A stretch of 18,351 nt of DNA from Fidelibacterota bacterium. Its GTDB lineage: Bacteria > Fidelibacterota > Marinisomatia > Marinisomatales > TCS56. The translations under genes were made by a program, and so were the position numbers. The notes below the pieces were generated by a model. The model did no database searches and was not told where the DNA came from. It saw only the letters and a program-made list of their open reading frames with translations. Each line of letters opens with the position of its first letter. Positions within the stretch are counted from its first letter, which is position 1. Positions 8,648 through 18,209 of the stretch are shown here, piece by piece. Where the stretch lies: assembly GCA_043822705.1 (NCBI GenBank), contig JBDRBK010000212.1:1-18351 (forward strand). The letters run 5' to 3'.

Positions 8648-10545
8648 AATGTATCTCGAAACATCATTTTCATCTCGTGGACTCCTTCTTCACTCCGTTT
8701 TTCGATATCAAACCCCATGCTTTCGAACAGATGCAGCATGGGGATATTGTCCATAAGTACCTCAGCTGTGAAGCCCAGCAGACCCTGTCGCTTGGCGATG
8801 AAGGTCAGATAATTCAGTAATTCTTTACCGATCCCCAGGTTCTGGAAATCGTCACGGACGACGAAGGCTATATCACCGGTGTGGGTCGTCTCCACCACAC
8901 CGTATTGCCCCATTCCGACCATTATATCCTGGCCTTTTTTATTGACAAAAGCCAATATCACGATTTCCTTACTGTAATCGATGATCACAAAATCCTGGAG
9001 GCGCTCGTGGGGCATGTCCTTACGCTTGGAAATAAACCGGCGGTACATGCTGTTATCGGACAGAGAATAGAAAAATTCTTTCAGAACCGGTTCGTCGCTG
9101 ATCTTTACCGGCCGGAAGAAAACCTCCACTCCGCGTCGGGTCGTGCGATAGGCCTCCAATTGATCGGGGTATTCGCCGCCCTTGCCGGCAATATAGGCCT
9201 GATCCCGGTAAATCAGATTACGTTTTTTGGCTTCCTGAATCAATTGCGGCCGGAATTTGGGATGCGCAATCGCGATCAGCGCCATCGCTCGCTCACGGAT
9301 ATTTTTTCCGTGCAGGTAGGCGATCCCGTATTCGGTGACGACATAATGGATATCACCGCGGTTCAGCGTGACACCGGCGCCTTCACTCAGGAATGGCACG
9401 ATCCGAGAAACGCTATCGTTTTCGGCCGTCGACGGTAAAGTCAGGATGGATTTGCCTTTTTTAGCCAGCACGGCGCCGCGCATGAAATCGGCCTGCCCGC
9501 CGATGCCGCTGTAAAAGGTGCTGCCCAGCGATTCGGCCGTGGCCTGTCCCGTCAGATCAATCTCCAGTGCGCTGTTGATGGCGGTGATGTTTTCATTCAG
9601 GGCAATGTTCAAGGGATTATTGGTATAATCGACGGTCCGGAATTCGATGCCCGGGTTATCGTTCAGAAATTTGTAGGTTTTTTCCGTACCCATGGAAAAA
9701 GTGGCAATCGTTTTGCCGCGATTGACGGTTTTCCGGGAATTGGTCACCACCCCCGTCCGCATCAGATCCACCAGACCGTCGCCGATCAACTCGGTGTGAA
9801 TTCCCAGGTCCTTCTTTTCATGCAGGCTGGCCAGAATGGCGTTGGGCAGACTGCCGTATCCGACCTGAATCGTATCACCATTCTCGACCAGTTTGGCCAC
9901 CGATTGGCCGATGCCGCGCGCCACATCGTCATTGGGTGCATCCAGATATTCCAGCACCGGTTCATCGTGATGAATGATATAGTCGATATTATCAATATGG
10001 AGGAATCCGTCGCCATGTACCCGCGGCATGTTACGATTGACCTGCACCACCACCAATTTGGCGATTTCCGTGGCCGCTTTGACGATATCGACGCTGACTC
10101 CCAGACTCATGTAGCCATGATGATCCGGCATGGAGGCCTGGATCAGGGCCACATCGATGGGGACCATTCCCCGGAAGAACATTTCCGGGATTTTCGACAG
10201 AAAAATCGGTGTGTAGTCAGCCAAGCCGCGATTTACGGCGCTACGTGTATTGTTGCCGATGAAAAACGAATTGTGCCGGAAATTGTGCTTGAATTTTTCA
10301 TTGGTGTACGGGGCGACGCCCAGGGTCCAGACTTGCAGTAGTTCAGCATCGAAAAAAGCTTTCGGGTTGGATTCCACGTATTCGACCAGAGCATTGACCA
10401 GAAACTGTGGCTCGCCACAACCGGTACTGATAAAAATCCGGTCGCCACGATGGATATTCTTGAAAATACGGTCGGTGCTGGTAAATTTTTGCGGGTATAA
10501 ATTTTTCAGACGCTGCAGAATTTGCTCTTCGGTATTCGTATCCAT
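8644..10545 (-). CDS. Acetyl-CoA hydrolase/family I CoA-transferase fused to a C-terminal GNAT acetyltransferase
   Basis: 4-hydroxybutyrate CoA-transferase-like part: ADYTP, DVALIQ...PD.HGY.SLG, QVN..MP, GDTIQVG.G, LGIHTE (catalytic Glu), INSALEIDLTGQ, SGIGGQADF, VVTEYG.A, ERA..LI.IAHP.FR. Pat-type GNAT: FRPVKISD...FFYSLS..S.YRRF, IDY, AFVVRDDFQNLGIG, AEVL.DN.PM. ATGA overlap with the ACD start. Confidence 0.93.
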   Translation of the reverse strand: MDTNTEEQILQRLKNLYPQKFTSTDRIFKNIHRGDRIFISTGCGEPQFLVNALVEYVESNPKAFFDAELLQVWTLGVAPYTNEKFKHNFRHNSFFIGNNTRSAVNRGLADYTPIFLSKIPEMFFRGMVPIDVALIQASMPDHHGYMSLGVSVDIVKAATEIAKLVVVQVNRNMPRVHGDGFLHIDNIDYIIHHDEPVLEYLDAPNDDVARGIGQSVAKLVENGDTIQVGYGSLPNAILASLHEKKDLGIHTELIGDGLVDLMRTGVVTNSRKTVNRGKTIATFSMGTEKTYKFLNDNPGIEFRTVDYTNNPLNIALNENITAINSALEIDLTGQATAESLGSTFYSGIGGQADFMRGAVLAKKGKSILTLPSTAENDSVSRIVPFLSEGAGVTLNRGDIHYVVTEYGIAYLHGKNIRERAMALIAIAHPKFRPQLIQEAKKRNLIYRDQAYIAGKGGEYPDQLEAYRTTRRGVEVFFRPVKISDEPVLKEFFYSLSDNSMYRRFISKRKDMPHERLQDFVIIDYSKEIVILAFVNKKGQDIMVGMGQYGVVETTHTGDIAFVVRDDFQNLGIGKELLNYLTFIAKRQGLLGFTAEVLMDNIPMLHLFESMGFDIEKRSEEGVHEMKMMFRDTL

Positions 10546-10710
10546 TCCAGTCAGATCAGTAGGTAGTGTAAAGCAAGTGATTATTTCCTCAGCAGCATAA
10601 TCAAATTTACGTAGAACAAATATAGCGACGCAGCTATTAATAGAGCGGTTTTACACTGGGAATCTCACCACCAACAAACCAGGTGACTATCAGAAGCGAA
10701 ACGGCTGGTA

Positions 10711-10914
10711 CTATTCCAGACGCACATTAATCGCCTTATCACCTTTGATATCAAACGCGATGTCAAACAGGACCCGTTGTCCCGGACGCAACCCTTTTTC
10801 CTGTAATTGCACCCGCAATCCCCGGGCGTGAACGAAATAGTCCTCGCCATCCGCCCCACTTATAAACCCAAAACCCTTGTGGTGGTCGTATTCTTTCACA
10901 ACTCCTTTTTGCAT
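10711..10914 (-). CDS. Cold-shock domain protein
   Basis: 67 aa with RNP1 KGFGFI, RNP2-like DYFVH, GQRV.F and A.NV. Strong SD AGGAG upstream. Confidence 0.92.
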   Translation of the reverse strand: MQKGVVKEYDHHKGFGFISGADGEDYFVHARGLRVQLQEKGLRPGQRVLFDIAFDIKGDKAINVRLE

Positions 10915-11015
10915 ATCTACTCCTGTCCGGTTTCTACCATTGAAATTTGTAAATAATTCAGCAATTCAGCCAAGAGATTGTTTTTCCGATTGGGCACAGG
11001 CCGTAATTTTCCGAC

Positions 11016-11231
11016 ATGGATTACACCAGATTAGAGATTTATCAGCGCCTGCGCGATTTTGATGTCCCGGCCGCGGTACTGGATGCGGTTTTCGCCGATG
11101 AAAATGATCTGGTCGTGTTGACCGACGCTTGGCAGGAATTGGCGACTGCGGGGATGAGCGGCGATGAAATTGCCCGAGAAATTGCCGGAATGATTTTCAG
11201 CGAGCTGGACAACAATCTGGATCTGGACTAA
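11016..11231 (+). CDS. Small acidic hypothetical protein
   Basis: 71-aa ORF filling the gap between genes, with protein-like helical, D/E-rich composition. Its stop overlaps the convergent ORF stop. Confidence 0.75.
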   Translation: MDYTRLEIYQRLRDFDVPAAVLDAVFADENDLVVLTDAWQELATAGMSGDEIAREIAGMIFSELDNNLDLD

Positions 11232-11599
11232 AGCGCACCGCTGAAGTAAAATATATTAATTTGCGGCTTACTAGCGACCGGTATCCGCAGCCCCTGACCA
11301 TTCCCGACAATTCTTTCAATATCTTTCTGGAGCTTTTTACCGCTGTTAAGCACCTGTTTAAAGTCGGTTGGATCGCGATTGATTTGACGCAGCAGCGAAT
11401 CGCAACCGGCTGCACTGCGAAATAAAAATCCTGATTCCGGGAAATCGGAGTAAAACAGCGGCTGTTCTTTCAAATTGATGTACAATCGCAGCACCTGGTT
11501 TTCCAGTAACTGGTGTTTTTCACGCTCGATTACAGCATTTTCGGCCGTGACCGCGGCCGTGATCGTCAACAGTACCGATAACAGTTTTGCGTTATTCAA
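11228..11599 (-). CDS. Hypothetical exported protein
   Basis: TTG start directly abuts the M3 peptidase stop. N-terminus looks like a signal peptide (KLLSVLLTITAAVTA). No recognisable domain. Confidence 0.6.
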   Translation of the reverse strand: MNNAKLLSVLLTITAAVTAENAVIEREKHQLLENQVLRLYINLKEQPLFYSDFPESGFLFRSAAGCDSLLRQINRDPTDFKQVLNSGKKLQKDIERIVGNGQGLRIPVASKPQINIFYFSGAL

Positions 11600-13657
11600 C
11601 TATAGTCCGATATCTTTGAGAAAGGCTTTATTGTCCGGCTCCCGACCCAGAAATTCCCGTACCAATTCCAGGGCGTCTTCCGTGGCTCCCTTTTCCAGGA
11701 TAATACTACGGTAGCGGCGGGCGGTCCGCTGATCCATGACGCCGTTTTCCTGAAACACGGAGAAAATATCGCGGGCATAGACTTCCGCCCACAAGTAACT
11801 GTAGTATCCGGCGGCGTAGCCGATCAAGTGGCCGAAAGAAGCTTCCATGTTGGTGCCCGGCATGAACGGGAACGGCGTGATTTGATTCTGCAGCTCTTCC
11901 ACTATTTCGGTTGTTTTGGTGGCACCGAAGGGATTATAAGTGTCGTGCAGAGTAAAGTCCAGTACGCCGTAAAATACCTGCTGCAACGTATTGATCGCCG
12001 ATGTCATGTTCTTGGCGGCAATCATTTTGTCCAGCAATTCGTCGGGAATCGCGGCGCCGGACTGGTAATGGCGGGCGAACCGCTGCAGGCTGGTTTTATC
12101 CCAGACCCAGCCCTCGAAAACTTGCGACGGTGTTTCCACAAAATCCCGGGCGACGCGCATACCAGCCATCCCGACCAATTCGGTTTTGGCCAGCAGACTG
12201 TGCAGTCCGTGCCCGAATTCATGAAATAATGTTTCGACCTGGCTGTGTGCTAACAGCGAGGGAATTCCCTCCTTCGGAACCGGGAAATTGCAGACCAGGG
12301 CGAACATCGGTTTCTGGTAGCCGGTAGCATACAATTTGGATTCCATGATATCAAAAAGGGCGGCATGGCCGTATTTGGCGGCGCGCGGATACAGATCCAG
12401 GTAAAAACTGCCGATCCATTCGCCGGTCCGGCTGTCACTGACTTCGAAAACCCGGACATCTTCGTGCCAGACACCGGCCTTGTCGGTTTCACGTACGCTC
12501 AACTCAAATAAATCTTCCATGAGGTCGAACAGACCGTTCAGGACGTTGTTGACCTCGAAATACTCCCGGACTTCTTCATTATCCAGGCGATACCTGGATT
12601 TCGCAAGCTGATCGATATAATAACTCTTTTCCCACTGGAAAATGGTTTCCGCCGGTTTTCTGGTGGCCCTGATTTTCAATTCCAATAACTGTTTGAATTC
12701 CTTTTGAGACTTTTTTTCCAGAGCGGCGATTAGGTTGTTCTCGAACTCCCAGACCGCCGCCGGTGTTTTAGCCATTTGCTCTTCGACCTGGTAAGCGGCA
12801 TGGGACTGATAGCCCAGCAGATCGGCCGATTGCTTCCGATCACGCAGAATCACCCGCAACAGCCGAGGGTTCTCATCACTGGCACAATTCAGGTATTTTT
12901 CCAGCAAACGACGACGGGCATCGTTCGATTGGGACAGACTCATGAATGGCTGATAACTGGCGTAACTGATGTCAATGGCATAGCGACCGTCGGCGGTCCG
13001 ATGGGTTTCCAGGTAGTTGGACGGCAATCCCTGGATTTCACGTTCATTGACAAACAGCGTATCCTGGTACTTGGCGATATTATTCGAGAATTTGACCGAA
13101 TAACCGTTGATCCGGTCGCGGATATCCCTGATTTTTTCCCGTTTCGAACGCGTCAACCCAAAGCCGTTGCGTCGGTATTCATCATTTTTTTTATCCAGAT
13201 AACGCTTTTTCCAGCCGGTCAGCGACTGCGCCTCGGCCGATCGCGTATAATTTTTTATACTGTTATATAAATCCTCGTTGATGGCAAGGTTGCCGGCATA
13301 TTTCTCAATAATCAGGGCGGCCGAATCGGCTGCCAGACGGATGGCTGAATCCGGGTGGACCGATCCCAGCAGGTACAACGGATTCAGAAGGCGCGACAGA
13401 TTGGCGTCGATATCGTCCACCGGAACCAACGTATTCGCGAATGAGCGTGAACTGTCCGCCGTACTGCTTATTTTAGTCAGGATCAGATCATTGTCAGCCA
13501 GGGTGATCCGTACAGCGGCGGATATATCTGCCGGGGTTATCCGGGCAAAATCAATATAAGTATTCGGGCGGACCAGCAAGGGATTTTTTTCGCCACCACT
13601 GCAGCTCAATGCCGTAACGGCCACGATTATAAGCAAAACGCGCAGGAACTTCATCAT
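11600..13657 (-). CDS. M3A family zinc oligopeptidase (thimet oligopeptidase-like), lipoprotein
   Basis: Zinc motif TLFHEFGHGLH, DFVETPSQVFE, FYLDLYPR..KYGHA, LVCNF, FGHL.GYAAGYYSYLWA, FLGREP. N-terminal lipobox ALSC after a hydrophobic helix. Confidence 0.95.
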   Translation of the reverse strand: MMKFLRVLLIIVAVTALSCSGGEKNPLLVRPNTYIDFARITPADISAAVRITLADNDLILTKISSTADSSRSFANTLVPVDDIDANLSRLLNPLYLLGSVHPDSAIRLAADSAALIIEKYAGNLAINEDLYNSIKNYTRSAEAQSLTGWKKRYLDKKNDEYRRNGFGLTRSKREKIRDIRDRINGYSVKFSNNIAKYQDTLFVNEREIQGLPSNYLETHRTADGRYAIDISYASYQPFMSLSQSNDARRRLLEKYLNCASDENPRLLRVILRDRKQSADLLGYQSHAAYQVEEQMAKTPAAVWEFENNLIAALEKKSQKEFKQLLELKIRATRKPAETIFQWEKSYYIDQLAKSRYRLDNEEVREYFEVNNVLNGLFDLMEDLFELSVRETDKAGVWHEDVRVFEVSDSRTGEWIGSFYLDLYPRAAKYGHAALFDIMESKLYATGYQKPMFALVCNFPVPKEGIPSLLAHSQVETLFHEFGHGLHSLLAKTELVGMAGMRVARDFVETPSQVFEGWVWDKTSLQRFARHYQSGAAIPDELLDKMIAAKNMTSAINTLQQVFYGVLDFTLHDTYNPFGATKTTEIVEELQNQITPFPFMPGTNMEASFGHLIGYAAGYYSYLWAEVYARDIFSVFQENGVMDQRTARRYRSIILEKGATEDALELVREFLGREPDNKAFLKDIGL

Positions 13658-13699
13658 TTACCTTTCCATTTTTCCGTCATTTTAGATTGACGACTCATG

Positions 13700-14047
13700 C
13701 TAATTTTTTTTCAAGGACTGCGATGCATAAAAGTACACGACCGAGACTGTCGCAATATAGGCACACGAAGAAGTAAAACCAGGCAAACGCTGGGATTTCT
13801 GAAAATCGTTCTCCAGTTGCTTCTGTTCATTTTTTTTAATGATTACCAGATTTCGGCGCATTTTCTGGCAGCGCCGGGCCTGCCGATAGTAGGCCGGTAG
13901 CTGGTAGAACCGCAGTGATTTCAGACCATCCTTGGCTACCGCGCGTATCAATTCGGATTGGCAGGGATTTGGCTTGGCAACGGTATCATCAGCAGCCGTT
14001 GCGTAAGCCAGCAAAAGCAGAAAGATCGTGATTGGACGCCTCACCAT
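13700..14047 (-). CDS. Hypothetical exported/membrane-anchored protein
   Basis: Signal peptide (RRPITIFLLLLAYATA), basic middle region, C-terminal hydrophobic segment (CAYIATVSVVYFYA). Start overlaps the upstream gene stop. Confidence 0.7.
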   Translation of the reverse strand: MVRRPITIFLLLLAYATAADDTVAKPNPCQSELIRAVAKDGLKSLRFYQLPAYYRQARRCQKMRRNLVIIKKNEQKQLENDFQKSQRLPGFTSSCAYIATVSVVYFYASQSLKKN

Positions 14048-14709
14048 ACAAGCAGAAGACGGATTGTGTATATTGCTTTCTGGTCAAGCTGCAGGACCGG
14101 TCCCGATATTTTTTTCCCGTCCAGTTTCCAGTTATCGGCTTGATAGGAATTGGACATGAAGCCGGTTTTCAGATCAACTGCCAGCCAGCTCAGCAGGTAG
14201 TAGCGCACGCCGATCTGGCTGGAAAATCCAAAAAATGTGGTCGTCATTTTTTCCGGCGCCTTGACGTCGATCCGGTAATTGCCGATTTGGGCGTCCCAGA
14301 CGGTCTTTTCATTTTTAATATCAAGATTGATCACGCCCCGGTTGATCATCGGAGCAAACTGAAAATTCAGTTCCAGCCGGCGCAGCGGACGAAAATAGGT
14401 TTCGACATAAAACATCCGGTATACTATTTTACGGCGGAAGCTGGTTGTATCGTCTTGGCCGGAATAATACGAGCCACCCTGCGCAAAACCTACACGGGCA
14501 CTGGGAAACAGTTGGAACGCCACACCATAACCAAGCAATACATTTTTTCGCAGTACGTTACCGGAGGCGGCGGCACTCTCCAGGGAAGTATCCAGCCCGG
14601 TCAACTCAGGCTGGTACCACCCGGTAAAGGCGCCGAATTCCAGTCCCGGCTGTCCTGATGCAAGACCGGTAGCAACAATCAAGCTGATAAAAATTATTTT
14701 TAGTCGCAT
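14041..14709 (-). CDS. Probable outer-membrane beta-barrel protein
   Basis: Signal peptide, alternating hydrophobic beta-strand patterns (LEFGAFTGWY, FFGFSSQIGVRYYL, LAVDLKTGF) and a C-terminal aromatic strand YTIRLLLVW resembling a BAM beta-signal. Confidence 0.75.
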   Translation of the reverse strand: MRLKIIFISLIVATGLASGQPGLEFGAFTGWYQPELTGLDTSLESAAASGNVLRKNVLLGYGVAFQLFPSARVGFAQGGSYYSGQDDTTSFRRKIVYRMFYVETYFRPLRRLELNFQFAPMINRGVINLDIKNEKTVWDAQIGNYRIDVKAPEKMTTTFFGFSSQIGVRYYLLSWLAVDLKTGFMSNSYQADNWKLDGKKISGPVLQLDQKAIYTIRLLLVW

Positions 14710-14752
14710 TGGTAAATCAAATTTAACTTAATCCATTAAACATTTCATAATA

Positions 14753-15706
14753 TTGCTGAAAAACAGTACAATATACGCCTTGATTACTATTATTCTGCTC
14801 GCAACCGGCCGGGCGGATGTGAACGATATAGTGGTTTTTACCGATGGTAATGCCCTGATCGGTCTGGTGACAGCTATCACCGCTGACAGTCTGGCCTGGC
14901 AGGAAGCTCCCGGGGAACCGATCACAAAATTCGCCCTGCGAAAAATATATTATGTCTACGATGATTTCGGGAAAATACTGTATTACAGCCGGTCGCTGAA
15001 AGATCGCCTCGACTACCTGGAACGCTACAGCGGGTATCTGCGGACCACGGCCGGCGACACTATGCAATTCCAGCAAATTGCATTCGATCGCCGGATGGTC
15101 GATCCACTGGTTTATCTTACTGTCAACGCGAAGGCCCCGCCCCTGACGCTGCCGTTTCTGGAAGTGGAACAAGTCCGGATGAGCCAGGAACGCTATGACG
15201 TGTCGGTACGCAACGGTTGTCTCAGCGGCAGCGCGCTGATTCTGGGACTGGCGGGCCTGCGCGCGATGGGTTACTTTTTCGCGGATTACCCCGGCGGCGG
15301 CATGTTCAGTGTCGGTTCACTGACGACGATGGGTAATTCCACCTGGAAAAGTATTACCGATATCATGCCCAGGGCGCCAGCCCTCGGAATTAAGAACACC
15401 GGCAGTTCGTTCCGATTGACGACCCTGGTGATACCCGCCGCCACCGCCGGCTGGATTGCCTGGGACTGGTATTTTGACAAGCGTACGATCTATATCAACC
15501 CGATTCAGACCAACCAACCATTTCCGCACGATATGTTCCTGTTTTCGCTGAAAGAATGGTCCGGCAATAAAATCAACCGGGTCTGGCATCCGGTTTCAGT
15601 CACTGTATTGAATCAGACCTACAAAATCCGAAGCGGCTGGAAATCCGTTTCCCGCGCCTTCCTGGAACAGACTTATAATCTGCGCAAAGCAATCTGGAAA
15701 GGCTGA
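14753..15706 (+). CDS. Hypothetical exported/membrane protein
   Basis: 317-aa ORF with a signal peptide, an N-terminal D.VVFTDG..L.G.V motif, and two weakly hydrophobic Gly/Ala-rich segments in the C-terminal half. Confidence 0.75.
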   Translation: MLKNSTIYALITIILLATGRADVNDIVVFTDGNALIGLVTAITADSLAWQEAPGEPITKFALRKIYYVYDDFGKILYYSRSLKDRLDYLERYSGYLRTTAGDTMQFQQIAFDRRMVDPLVYLTVNAKAPPLTLPFLEVEQVRMSQERYDVSVRNGCLSGSALILGLAGLRAMGYFFADYPGGGMFSVGSLTTMGNSTWKSITDIMPRAPALGIKNTGSSFRLTTLVIPAATAGWIAWDWYFDKRTIYINPIQTNQPFPHDMFLFSLKEWSGNKINRVWHPVSVTVLNQTYKIRSGWKSVSRAFLEQTYNLRKAIWKG

Positions 15707-15713
15707 CTGGTAT

Positions 15714-16733
15714 TCACTGTTGCCGGTTAAGCCAGGTCTCGATTAAGTCCCCAAGCTGATCAAATTCGATTAAAAAGGCATCGTGGCCGTGCGTTGATCT
15801 GATAACGCCCAACTCGGCGTTGGGAATTTCTCTCACAAGTTCTTCCTGTTCGGCCACCGGATACAGCAGGTCCGAATCGACGCCGATTACCAGGGCCGGC
15901 TGGGTGATACTGCGCAGGACCGAAAAATACTCACCGCGTTCACGCGCCAGATCGTGGGTATCCATGGCCTCGGTCAGCCGGATATAGCTGTTGGCGTCAA
16001 AACGCTCGACCAGTTTGATTCCCTGGTGTTCAAGGTAACTGCTGATCGCAAACGGTGACATGCTACCGTTCATTTTCTGCCGGCCGAATCGTCGTTCAAA
16101 CGATCCGCGGGACCGGTACGTCAGCATTGCCAGTTGACGGGCCTGAGCCAGCCCGACCCGTGGATGGCCGTTCCGGTAATACCGGCCACCAGCCCAATTA
16201 GGATCGTTGCAAATTGCCTGTCGCTGGACTTCGCTCCAGCCGATACACCAGGCGGAATGACGCCCGCCCGTGGCGATCGGTATCAACCGGCGGGCGAAAT
16301 TTCCCTGGAAAGCCCATTCCAGCACCTGCATTCCACCCAGGGAGCCACCAATGACGGCTACGAGGCATTTGATTCCCAGACGGTCCAGCAGAGCACGCTG
16401 CAACGCTACCGTGTCACGGATAGTGAATTGAGGGAAATCCGGCCCGTAGACATCTCCGGTGACTGGGTTGTTGCTGGCCGGACCCATGGTGCCATAGCAG
16501 GATCCGAGTACATTGGAACTGATGATGAAATAGCGATCGGTATCCAGAGCGCATCCGGTACCTACCAACGGTCCCCACCAATCCGCTAAGTCGGCACTGC
16601 CGGTAAAGGCATGACAGACCAGAATTGCGTTATCACATTGTGCATTCAACCTCCCCCAGGTTTTATAAGCCACAGGAACGGGTGACAGATACTGTCCGTT
16701 CTCAATGGTCAATGATTCGATTATTTCAACCAT
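15714..16733 (-). CDS. metX: Homoserine O-acetyltransferase (MetX family alpha/beta hydrolase fold)
   Basis: NAILVCHAFTG, WW..LVG.G..LDTDRYF, NVLGSCYG, nucleophile GGSLGGMQ, RFDANSY, SDLLYP (Asp), HGHDAFL (His). Downstream of metY and a SAM riboswitch. Confidence 0.95.
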   Translation of the reverse strand: MVEIIESLTIENGQYLSPVPVAYKTWGRLNAQCDNAILVCHAFTGSADLADWWGPLVGTGCALDTDRYFIISSNVLGSCYGTMGPASNNPVTGDVYGPDFPQFTIRDTVALQRALLDRLGIKCLVAVIGGSLGGMQVLEWAFQGNFARRLIPIATGGRHSAWCIGWSEVQRQAICNDPNWAGGRYYRNGHPRVGLAQARQLAMLTYRSRGSFERRFGRQKMNGSMSPFAISSYLEHQGIKLVERFDANSYIRLTEAMDTHDLARERGEYFSVLRSITQPALVIGVDSDLLYPVAEQEELVREIPNAELGVIRSTHGHDAFLIEFDQLGDLIETWLNRQQ

Positions 16734-16746
16734 GACTTTAGGTCGT

Positions 16747-18090
<1,344 letters not shown>

Positions 18091-18137
18091 TCAGTGAAAT
18101 TGAATGAAATTGCATCCGCAGGGTTGATCATGAATGG

Positions 18138-18177
18138 AAACAAAAAACCCTCTTCGGCGTCGGCAGAAGAGGGTTTT
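18138..18177 (-). terminator. Intrinsic terminator (expression platform of the SAM riboswitch)
   Basis: Inverted repeat AAAACCCTCTTC (18144-18155) / GAAGAGGGTTTT (18166-18177). On the minus strand the GC stem is followed by TTTTTTGTTT. Lies between the aptamer and metY. Confidence 0.9.
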
Positions 18178-18209
18178 AATGTTTAAAACCGCTGATAATA
18201 AGCGGTTTC

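Noticed and set aside
7751..8812. 353-aa plus-strand ORF, and similar ones at 6938-7669, 8881-9438 and 9796-10341
   Set aside because: Antisense shadows of the well-supported ACD and CoA-transferase genes, with no motifs and atypical composition.
10546..10710. Short inverted repeats (AGTGTAAA/TTTACACT, TGATTAT/ATAATCA) as a possible structured leader
   Set aside because: Arms of only 7-8 bp in AT-rich DNA with no recognisable RNA family motif; compatible with chance.
10957..10973. Sigma-54-like TTGGC...TTGC upstream of the csp gene on the minus strand
   Set aside because: GG-to-GC spacing is 7 nt rather than the required 10.
14032..14658. 208-aa plus-strand ORF with an ATG start
   Set aside because: Fully antisense to the ORF that has a signal peptide and beta-barrel C-terminus, which fits the operon layout better.
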